From Chthoniobacteraceae bacterium (lineage in GTDB: Bacteria > Verrucomicrobiota > Verrucomicrobiia > Chthoniobacterales > Chthoniobacteraceae): DNA of 64,000 bases. The DNA lies in NCBI GenBank assembly GCA_040081625.1, contig JBEBGD010000014.1:13051-77050 (forward strand), in the 5' to 3' direction. Position numbers and translations under genes: made by a program. Of the stretch, positions 8,594-19,000 are shown one piece after another; position 1 is the stretch's first letter; each line of letters begins with the position of its first letter. A model generated the notes under the pieces. That model ran no database searches. It worked only from the letters and a program-made list of their open reading frames with translations, and was not told the DNA's origin.

Positions 8594-9934
8594 ATGACCT
8601 CCCGCCTTCTCCTACTCGCCCTCACCGTCCCAGCGCTCGCTGCTCCACCTGAGCCGAAGTTCAAGCACGTCACCATCGATCCCGCGATCCAGATCGGCTA
8701 CGGCGTCGCCGTCGCCGACGTGGATGGCGACAAAGCGCCCGACGTGCTGCTCGCGGACAAGAAGCAGTTCGTCTGGTATCGCAACCCCGGCGCCGCCGAG
8801 GTCGGCGACGCCGCCGCGTGGACCAAGCACATCCTCGCCGAGAACCTCACCGAGAAAGACAACGTCTGCATCGCCGCGCAGGACCTCGACGGTGACGGCA
8901 AGTGCGAAGTCGCTGTCGGTGGCGAATGGAACCCCGGCGACACCGAGAAGAGCGGCGCCGTCTTCTACCTCATCGCGCCCGCCGACCGCACGCAGCGCTG
9001 GGAAGCGGTGAAGTTCCCAGCCGTCGAGCCGACCACGCACCGGATGAAATGGATCCGGCTGGAAGCCGGGGTTGAGGGTCCCGGGTCTCAGGTTTCAGGT
9101 TCCACCGCGAAACCCGAAACTGGAAACCCGAAACCCGAAACCTGGGGCCTCGTCGTGGTGCCGCTCCACGGACGCGGCAATAAGAACGGCGAAGGCGCGC
9201 CGGTCAAAGTGCTCTGCTACCGCAAGCCCGCCGACGTGCGCGGCGAGTGGAAGGCGGAGATCGTCGATGAGTCGATGCACATGACGCATAACTTCGACAT
9301 TATTCCCGATGCTACCCGTCCCTCCCTCGTCATCGCCGGTCGCGAAGGCATGCGCCATGTGTCCCGCCAAGGCGACGGCTGGAAAGCCGACACCGATCAT
9401 TTCCCGCAGCGAAGTTTTACGCCCGATTCAAAAGGTGCTGGCGAGATTCGGCGTGGAGCGACGGTCGCCCGACTGCCAGCACCTCCATTTTACTCCGCGA
9501 TCGAAGTGCCCAAGCCCAAGCGGAAACAAGGCGAGTTTTTCTGCACAATCGAGCCGATGCACGGCACGTCGCTCGTCGCTTACGTGACAGTCGAGGGCCG
9601 CCAAGGCGTGCGGCAATTTCTTCACCCCGTTCTCACCGACCAACTCGCCGACGGCCACGCGCTCGCTTGTGGCGACGTGCTCGGCGCGGGGAGCGACCAG
9701 ATCGTCGTCGGCTGGCGAGGCAACCCGCAGAAGCCCCGCCCGGTCGGCATCAAGCTCTTCACCCCGCTCGACGACACCGGCGACCAGTGGCGCGAGAGCT
9801 TCATCGACGACAACGAGATGGCCTGCGAAGACCTCGTCCTCGCCGACCTCAACGCCGACGGCAAACTCGACGTCGTCGCCAGCGGCCGCGCGACCAAGAA
9901 CCTGAAGATCTACCTGAACGAGACAGGGCGGTAG
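8594..9934 (+). CDS. Secreted FG-GAP/VCBS-repeat beta-propeller protein, aldos-2-ulose dehydratase N-terminal-domain-like
   Basis: Signal peptide MTSRLLLLALTVPALA; DVDGD, DLDGDG, DLNADGKLD repeats; His motifs PTTHRMKW, MTHNF, IEPMHG, GHALACGD. Alternative start at 8582. Confidence 0.75.
   Translation: MTSRLLLLALTVPALAAPPEPKFKHVTIDPAIQIGYGVAVADVDGDKAPDVLLADKKQFVWYRNPGAAEVGDAAAWTKHILAENLTEKDNVCIAAQDLDGDGKCEVAVGGEWNPGDTEKSGAVFYLIAPADRTQRWEAVKFPAVEPTTHRMKWIRLEAGVEGPGSQVSGSTAKPETGNPKPETWGLVVVPLHGRGNKNGEGAPVKVLCYRKPADVRGEWKAEIVDESMHMTHNFDIIPDATRPSLVIAGREGMRHVSRQGDGWKADTDHFPQRSFTPDSKGAGEIRRGATVARLPAPPFYSAIEVPKPKRKQGEFFCTIEPMHGTSLVAYVTVEGRQGVRQFLHPVLTDQLADGHALACGDVLGAGSDQIVVGWRGNPQKPRPVGIKLFTPLDDTGDQWRESFIDDNEMACEDLVLADLNADGKLDVVASGRATKNLKIYLNETGR
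9069..9143. repeat. In-frame 75-bp heptamer-repeat hairpin inside the propeller gene
   Basis: Five heptamers GGGTTGA/GGGTCCC/GGGTCTC/AGGTTTC/AGGTTCC, spacer ACCGC, then GAAACCC/GAAACTG/GAAACCC/GAAACCC/GAAACCT. Confidence 0.8.
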
Positions 9935-9940
9935 AAACCA

Positions 9941-10048
9941 AGGAGGGGCGGCGTCCCTCCGCCCTGAACGCCGAAGGCGTTCCAAACGGACGCGAGATAC
10001 GGGAGCCCCTCCCGCGGCCCAGGGCGGCGGGACCCGCGCCTGCTTTTT
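9941..10048. terminator. REP-like inverted repeat / probable terminator between convergent genes
   Basis: GTCCCTCCGCCCTG pairs with CAGGGCGGCGGGAC, with an inner hairpin AACGCC-GAA-GGCGTT and a TTTTT tract at 10044-10048. Confidence 0.55.
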
Positions 10049-10050
10049 GC

Positions 10051-13000
10051 CTAGTCCCCCTTACCGAAGTTCACCTTCGCGTAGAGCTCCGTGCCAGGCG
10101 CGAGCGTGAAGTTGTCATCACCCGCGCCAAGTTTGACCTGGACGGCCTCGAAGCCCGTGTAGGTCACGCTCGCGCCGAGGCCGAGGCCGGTGAGCGCGGT
10201 GAGCGTGAGCGCGCCGGTGTTGCCGAGCGTGTAACCGCTGTCGTCCACCAGCAGCAGATCCTTGTCTTTGAGGTTAGTGCCGGCGTCGAGGGTCACGGGG
10301 CCGCGGAGGGTGTTCACCACGCTGCCCGGGAATGGCCCGCTGTTGCCCAGCACCACCTTGTCGGTGCCGAGGCCGGTGTTCACGTCGAGCGCGAGGACGG
10401 TGTTCTTGATGTAAACGGTGTCATTGCCCGCGCCGGTGTCGAGCGTGGCGGTGAAGTCGGCGGTATTGCCGACGATGAAGCGATCGGCGCCGCTGCCGAG
10501 CCGGATGTGCAGCGCATTGAACCCGAAGAAGCCGATCCCGGCGCGGCCCATGCCGAGGCCGCGGATGTCGTTGAGGCCGAGCTCGCCGGAGTTCGCTCCC
10601 TTGTCGGCGGAATCGTCGATGTTCAGCGTGTCGGTGGCGCTGCCGGTGAGGGTGATGGCGCCCTTGATGGCGTTGAGCGAGTGGAGTGCGCCACCGGCAT
10701 TCACGGTGTTCGCGCCCGCGCCGAGGAGCAACCGTGCGATGGTGCCGGCACCGGAGCCGGCCAGCGCGACAACGTCGGCGCCGGAACCGAGCGCGATATT
10801 GAAGACGCCGACGCCGCGGTAGCCGATCGCGCCGCTGCCGAAGCCGCTGAGCTGCGTGGCGGACAGCGTGATCGTCTTGCCGCCGGTCGATGCCGAGTCG
10901 TCCACGTTCAGCACGTCGTTCTTCCCGCCGGCCACATCCACGCGACCCTGCACGCCGTCGATGATCCCGCTCGCGCCTGGCAAAACGCCGGCGGAGCTGC
11001 CGATGTTCACGACGTTGAAGCCCACGTTCGCCTTGATCGTGACGAGCGTGCCCGCGGCGCTCGACGGCACATTCATCGTGTCGTTGCCCGCGCCGCCATC
11101 GACGGTCACCTTCGTGCCGCGAATGATCGGCGCGACGTTGAACGTATCGTCGCCCGCGTCGCCGACGAGCTGGTCGCTGCCGTCGGTCGAGAGCAGCGAG
11201 TCATTGCCGAGGCTGCCGCGGACGATGTCATTACCTTTGCCGCCATCGAGAACATCGCCGCCGTCGCCGCCATTGAGCGTGTCGTCGCCGAAGCCGCCGA
11301 GCAGCGTGTCGTTGCCCTTGCCGCCGGTGAGGATGTCGCGGCCAGCGCCGCCGTCGATGAGCGTCGGGATCGGGTCGAGCTTGTCGCTGATGGTGATCTT
11401 GTCGTCGCCACGCCCGCCATAAACCTCGATGCGGCTGAGCAGAGAGAAGGTGAAGTCCTGCGTGAACTTCTCCGTGCCGAGCTCCGTCTCGTCGATGGTC
11501 AGCGTGAGCGTATCGAGTGTGCGGGACTTGGCGAAGTCGATCTTATCCGCGCCGGGACTGCCGCCGATGATGAGGATGGTCTTGCCGGGGTTCGCCGGGT
11601 CGTTCAGCTCGAGCAACCGCGCGACGGTCAGCGCACGCGTGGCTGTGAGGACGGCGCCAGTGTCGCGATTCGCGAGCGTGAACTCGACGCTGTAGGTGGC
11701 GTCGTTATCCGGCGTGAAGCGGAACAGATTCCCGCGGCCCGTCGCGACGACGGAGCTCGCCGCGTCGAGGACGAGCCATGTCGCGTCGTAGTTGCCGACG
11801 ATCGCCGAGCCATCGAGCAATGCGCGGAAGTCGAGCGTCTGCCCGCGCACGCCTTGTGTCGGTCCGGCGATGCCGGGGCCGGCCCCGGCGGCAGCAGTGA
11901 CGTTCAGCGCGAGAACCTCGAGCGGCAGGTCGGTGCTGCCGAACGCGCCATTCGCCGGATCGGCGAGCGTGAAGCGCACCGCGAAGTGGCCAGCGGTCGC
12001 TGGTGCAAAGACAAACTGCGCGCCCGTGCCCTGCGCGACGACCGCGTTGCTCTCGTCAGTCACATTCCAGGACATCGTGAACACGCCGGTGATCGCCGCG
12101 CCATTGAGGAGGCCATCGAATGTGAGCGGTTGGCCGCGGACGCCGGTCAGCGGGCCGGTGAGAGCGACGTTCAGCGTGGTGCTGGCGGGGCTGACGTTCA
12201 GCGCGGCAGTCGCGTGACCGAGCGCGCCGCTCGCCGGATCGGCGAGATCGAACCGCACGATGAACTGACCCGTTGCAGCCGGCGTGAAGCTGAAATTCGC
12301 GCCGCTGCCGCTGGCGATCACGGTCGCGCCGTCGAGCACCGACCACGCGGAGACGAAGCCCGCCGGCCACGTGGCGCCTTCGAGCAGCGCGAGGAAGTTC
12401 ACGGCCTGGCCACGCACCGCAGCCGTCGGGCCGCTGAAGCCGACATTCAGCGCGGGCGCGATGCCATTCACGGTGAGCGTCGTGACAGTCGAGATCGACG
12501 CCGCCCCGTCGGTCAGCGTGAAGTGAACGGCGAATTGTCCATTCGCCGGCGCGGCGAAGGTGAACTGCGCTCCACTGCCGGCGGCGATCAGCATGTTCCC
12601 GCCATCGAAGACCTGCCACACCGCCGTCGCACCGACCGGGATCGCGCCGAGCGCATGGAAGGTCCGCAGTTGTCCGACGACGCCTTCGATCGGGCCGCCG
12701 ATGCCCGCGGCGAGATTCGCAGTCGCGGCGCCGACGATGAGCGTCGTGTCGGCCACTCCGACGACGGTCGCGGTCGAATCGGTGAGCGTGAGCTGCACGG
12801 TGAACGCGCCAGTCGCCGTGGGCATGTAGGCGAAGGCGGCGCCGATGCTGGTGGCGATGACCATGCTCGCGCTGTCCAGCACGCGCCACGTCGCGGTGTA
12901 GCCGGAGAGGGCGCCGAGTAGCGCGCTGTAATCGAGCACTTGTCCGACCGCTGCGATCGTCGGGCCGGTGAGGCCGAGCGTCTGGTCGAGCGGGCCTGCG

Positions 13001-16000
13001 GGCGGTGCGTCTGTGATCCCGAGCACGAGCGAAGCGTGGCCGACCGCGCCGGTCACCATGTCGGTGAGCGTGAAGCTGATGCCGTAGGCGCCCGCCGTCC
13101 CCGGCGCGAAGGCGAACTCGTGTCCCGCGCCGCTCGCGACCACGACCTGCATGGCGTCGCGCACTTCCCATGTGGCGGTGTAGGCCGCGGCGAAAGCGGT
13201 GCCGTTCAGCAAGCCGCCGAAGCTGATCAATTCTCCGGTCGCACCGAGCGTCGGGCCAGTCACGCCGACCGTGAGGCCCGGCGCGGGTTGATCGATCCGC
13301 AGCGTGGAAACCGATGTGCCCTGCGCGCCGGTCGCCGTGTCCGTGATCACAAGGCGCACGCTGAAGTTCCCGATCACCGCGGGGACAAATGTGAACGTGC
13401 TGCCAATGCCGGATGCGATCACGACATTCATCGCATCGCTGATCTGCCACGCGGCTGTGTAATCCGCGGGCAGCGTGCCGCCATCGACAAGCGCGGCGAA
13501 CGTCAACGCCTGCCCGCGCACCCCGGCGATCGGGCCGCTCACGCCGCTCGAGAATGTCGCAGCCGGCGGCACGACGCTGAGCACCGCGTTCGCCACGCCG
13601 AACGCACCGCCATTCGGATCGACGATCTGGAGCTGCACCGTGTATTGGCCCGGCGCCACAGGCAGGTGGAGGAATTGCGAGCCGCTGCCCGTCGCGACGA
13701 CGGCATTCTTTTGGTCAAACACGAGCCACGTCGCGTGGACGTCGCCGCCGAAGGCAGCCGCATCCAGCAACCCGCCGAACGTCAGCAGCGTCCCGCGCAC
13801 GCCTTGCACCGGGCCGGCGAAACTCACGTCGAGCGTCGGCGCGGTGGCGGCGACATCGAGCAGCGTCGTGACGAACTCCGTGGCCGCGCTCGCCGGGTCG
13901 TTGAGCGTCAACTTCACCGTGAACTGCCCGGCGGTCCCCGGCACGAAGACGAACTGATGTCCGGTCCCGCCATCGACGACGACGCTCGCATTGTCGCGCA
14001 CTTCCCACACAGCGGTGAACGCAGTCGGGGCCGGCGCGCCGTCGAGCAGTGCGGTGAAGACCGCGCCCTGGCCGATGAACGTGTTCGCCGGGCCGTTCAC
14101 ACCGGCGTGGATCGTGCCCGCCGTCGTGTTCACCCGGATCGTCGCGTTCGTGAGCCCGAAGGCGCCGCTGGTCACATCGAGCACGACGAGCGTGATGCGA
14201 TAGTCGCCGGCCTTCTTCGCGTTGAACGTAAAGTCCGCGCCGGTGCCGCTCGCGATCACCGCGCCAGTCGCGTCGAGCACCTGCCACACGGCGGCGATTC
14301 CACTACCAAGGGCGCGCCCATCGAGCAGCGCCGCGAAGTCGAATGTGCGACTGCCGGGCGCGCGCGGCTCGACCGTGATCGTTGCGTTGAGAGTCGGGAC
14401 GCGCACGGTCGTGCCATCGGGCGGGAGCACCGAGACATCACCGCGATGTGCAAACACGCCGCCCGTTGCGCCGACATCGACGAAGAACTCGCGCAGGTTC
14501 GGCGTGAGCGCGGCGAACAACATGTCACGCACGAGGAACGTCGTTTTGCGCGGCAGGTTGCCAGTCTGCGCCGCGAGCTTGTTCGTGCCGAGCGTGTCCA
14601 CCATCGAGTCCTTTGCTTTCGAGAGCGTGCGGCCGGCGGCGAGGGTCGTCCGGGTGCTGAGGAAGGCGAAGTCGGTCGACACATGGCTGAAGCCGTAGGT
14701 GAGCGGCACCATCTGCGTCGGCGTTGCCGCGCTGAAAGGCACGACCATCGCGGCGCTGCGCGAGAAGAGCACGTCGTTGCCAGCGTCGCCCCTGATCACA
14801 TCGATACCTGAGCGCAGCGTCACACCCTTCGCTCCACCCGCATGGAGCAAGGCCTGCGGCGAGAGCGCATAGGTCGTGCGGTAGCTCTGCCCGCCGAGCA
14901 TGAGGCGGAGCTGGTTGAGATTCCGCCCGATCTCCGAGCGGATCTGGATCAGGGTCATCGCCGGGTTCGCCACGATCGGCACCACGACAACGCCTTGATC
15001 GCCGATGAGCAGGTCGTTCCCGAGGCCGCCGCGGATCGTGTCGTTGCCGCTGTCGAGGTCGTATTCGAAGACCGAGCGCACGAGCTTCAAGTCCGCCGCG
15101 TCCGGTCGGCGCGCGACGATGTTCACGACGTTGGTCGCGAGATGGTAGGCGAGTTCCGGCGCGCGGATCTTCTGCTGCGTCGCGAGCGCGGCCTGCGTGT
15201 CCTTGAGCACCTGCGGCGTGATGCCGAAGACGTTTACCGGCTGCGCGTAGATGACGCCGTCGAGCACCGGCGCGATAAGCGCACCTTCGTCGCCGATGAT
15301 CACGTCGTTGCCCGACCCTCCGTCGATGATGTCGTTGCCGAGGAAGAGGTGGTGATAGTCCGGATCGATCGCCTTCGGGCGCAGCTTCGGATCGCGATTG
15401 GGGTTGTTCGCGAGTGCGTCGCCGACGAGGTCGTGAAGCACTCCGATGTGGGCGTCCAGCACGAGGTTCTGGAAGTCGATCGCGATGTATTCGAGGTCGC
15501 GCAGGAAGCTGTGGTAGCGCAGCGCAGCAGTCGTGAAGTCGGGCGCGGCCACGGGGCTGCCGGCTGCGAACGGCGCCATCAACATCGCGTTGTCGCCGAA
15601 GATGTAATCGTCCTCGCTGCCGCCCGCGACGATGTCGTTGCCGATGCGGATGTCGTGCGGCGTGGTCGCGGTGCCCGTGAGTTGTTCGAGCAGGTCGAAA
15701 TCGAGCGACAGATAGTGCAGCGCGCTGAGCACGGAGAAGACGCCCTGGCGGACACTCTCAGTCGCCGCGTCGATCGCCGCCAGGCCGCTGAAGATCGGCG
15801 AGATCACCGTGACGTCGTCGGCGAAGATCGTGTCCGCGCCCGCGCCGCCGTCGATGATGTCGTTGCCCGGCAGCGCGTCGGCGTGGTGGACGAGGTCCGG
15901 CACGAAGGAAATCAACGGAAGCGTGTTCGAGCCGTCCGCGCGGCGCAGCGCATCGGCGGTCGCGAGATCGCCGAAGGCGAAGTTCGGCACGAAGGTGATC

Positions 16001-19000
16001 TGCGGCGCCGTCGAGTTCAGCTCGAGCGGCTGGAGCGCCATGTTCGGCACGATCACGGTGCCGCCCGCGGCGAGTTCGTAAGGCACGCCCGCGTCCGCGC
16101 CGATGAGACGCACGCCGCTCACGACCTGCGGCAGGTTCGTGCCGAACGGCACCGAGTTGAACACGCCATCGGCAAAGATGATGTCGGCGCCATCGTTGCC
16201 GTTGAGCGTGTCGCTTCCGCGCTGGCCGAAGAGCAGGTCGTCGCCGTCGCCGCCGTTGAGCGTGTCGTTGTCGGCAGCGAGGAGGTCGATGAGGATCAGT
16301 TCCGTATTCCACGCGCCGCTGTCGCTGTTGATCTGCTTCGCGCCGCCGGGCAGGTAGGTGCCTCCGAGCACGGCGAGGTCGGCACCGAGCAACTTCGCGG
16401 CAAGCAGCGGGTCATCCAGGCGGAGCGGGTGCTCGTCCATCTTGATCACCGCTATGATCCGACCCACGTCCTCGAGGAATATGTCGCGGTGCCACGAGCC
16501 ATTCGCATTCAGGCGCGGCGTGCCGTCGGCATTGAAGGCGCGGACGATCCGGCCCTCGTCGCCGAGGACGACATCGTTGCCAGCGCCACCACTCGATGTG
16601 TCGGAGCCGAGGCCGCCGATGATCTCGTCATCCCCTGCCCCACCGTCGATCACGTCAGCGCCGAGTTGCCCGAAGATTTGATCCTGCCCGTCGCCGCCGA
16701 GGAGCGTGTCGTTTCCAGCGACGAAGTCGATGAAGTCGAAGCGCACGATCGTGCGAATGACGACTGTCACAAACGGCGCGGGATAGGTGCGCCATGCGGA
16801 CGGATAGCCCGGCAGCACCTCGCGGGAAATGAGGCCGTTGTCGCCGAGGATCACATCCTCCCCGGTGCCGCCGTCGCCGAAGTCGTTGCCGTCGGCACCG
16901 AAGAACACGTTGTGGCCGCCGGTGATGTCGTCGTTGCCGGCGCCGCCAAAGAGACGGTCATCACCCTGCTGGCCGAGGATGAAGTCGTCGCCGTCATCGC
17001 CCAAGATCGTGTCGTTGCCGCCGCCGTCGGTGGCGCCGGTGAAGATCGAGAGGAAGTTCTGGCTGGCCGGGCGCGCGACAGCGTAGCCGCCGGCGTCGCC
17101 GAGCAGCACGTCGTGGCCGTTGCCGCCCGAGATCATGTCGCCAGCGGTGCCGGCGAAGATGATGTCCTCGCCGTCTTCGCCGAATATCATGTCGCTGCCG
17201 CCGATGGTCGGGTCGGTCGAGGTCATCGTCGAGAGCACGCCCGCGACCGGGAAGTCGAACACGCCGTTGTCGCCGAGCACGAAGTCGTCGCCCGCGCCGG
17301 CGTGGATCGTGTCGTTCGCCGCGCCACCCGCGATGAGGTCGCTCGCCGCGCCGGTCGTGATGTTGTCATTGCCGCCGATCGCGGGATCGGTCGTGGCGAA
17401 GCGAATCATCGCGCCGGCGAGATCAAAGGTCGCCACGCCGTTGTCGCCGAGGATGTAGTTGCGCGCAGTCGGGTTGAGCGTCGTGATCGTATCGCCAGCG
17501 GCGCCGCCGAGGATCACGTTCGCGCTGTCGCCGCCATCGATCATGTCGCCGCCGCCGATCGCCGGGTCGGTCGTCTCGGCGCGCAGGAGCAGTCCGGTGG
17601 TCGCGTCGTAGGTGATGCGGCCGTTGTCGCCAAGCACCACATCGAACGCCGCATCGGAACCCGCGTGAATGGTGTCGTTCGCCGCGCCACCGAGGATCAC
17701 ATTCGCGCCGAGGCCGGAGGTGATCGTGTCGTTGCCGCCGATCGCCGGATCAGTCGTGCGGACCTCGACGAGCACGCCGTTGCGGAACGTCGCGACGCCG
17801 TCGTCGCCGACGAGCACGTCGGCCTGCACGTCGGAGGTCGAGAGATCGAGATCGAAGCCGAGGATCGTGTCGCCGCCCGCGCCGCCGAAGATGAGGTCGC
17901 GGCCCTCGCGACCACGGATCGTGTCCGCGCCGCCGACGGCTGCGTATTCCGTGAAGGCGAATGACGTCGGCCGGATCGTGCCATCCGTGAAGTCGCCGGG
18001 GCCGGCGTGGCCGAGCACGGAGACGATCGTCGAGCCGTCGAGGAAGATCACCTGGCCGCGGTCGCCGAAGATGATGTCGTGCGCCTGGCCGCCGGTGATC
18101 CTGTCGTCGCCCTGGCCGCCAAAGATGATGAGCGGGAGCGTGGAGCTGCTCGCATCCACGACGTCGTCATCGGATGCGGCGGTGTTGTGGTAGGCGCCCT
18201 GCGTGTTCAGCACGAAGAAGTCGTCCTCGCCGGCCGTGAGCGTCACGGTCACGTCGTCGTTGCCGAGGCCGGTATTCAGCGTGGAAATGGTGCGCAGACC
18301 GTCCCGCCGCAGCGTGCCGTCGATGCTGATGAGATCGGCGCCGAAGCCGGTCCAAATCGTGATGCCGTTCGCAAAGTTCCCGTCCGCTTTGTTCGCGCCG
18401 TAGGTGATGATGCCCGGCGCGAGGCCGGCGATGCGGATCTCGGAGTTCGGGAGCTCGACGAGGCCGGCGAACGCCACGTTCGTCAACCGGTCGCTGATGA
18501 CCACCGAAGGATCGCCCGCGGTCGCTGCTTCATCCGAGACCATCAGCGTCTGCCGGCCCGCGCCGCCGTCGATGTTCAGCGTGCCGCGGATGTCGTTGAG
18601 CGTGCCATTGAGATAGTCGTAGCCGGCGACGTTGTCCGGGCGGCGATCGGCTTGCGATGAGACGTAGATGCGGTCGTCGCCATCGTGCGTGCGCACGTTC
18701 GTGACCGTGCCCGCCGCGCTGCCGCGGATGTTGAAGATGTCGCTGCCGGCGCTCAGGTCGATGTTCAGCGTCTCGACGGCGTAGTAATGGATGCCCTCGA
18801 GTTGTGTGCCGAGCGTCGCGCTGCCTCGCTGCGTGCCGAGGTCGAGCAGTGCGCCATCCACGTCGAGCGGGTCGATCCGCAATGTGGCGAACTGGCCCTG
18901 GAACGTGATGACATAGACGTTGCCTTGCTTCGTGACGCCGACGTTGGCGGTGTTCGGCGCAGCGGTGAGCGGCGTCGTTGCGTTTGCCGGGTTGAGCAGC

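Noticed and set aside
9069..9143. CRISPR array
   Set aside because: Units are 7 nt with no spacers, and there are no cas genes. I saw no CRISPR-like array anywhere in the window.
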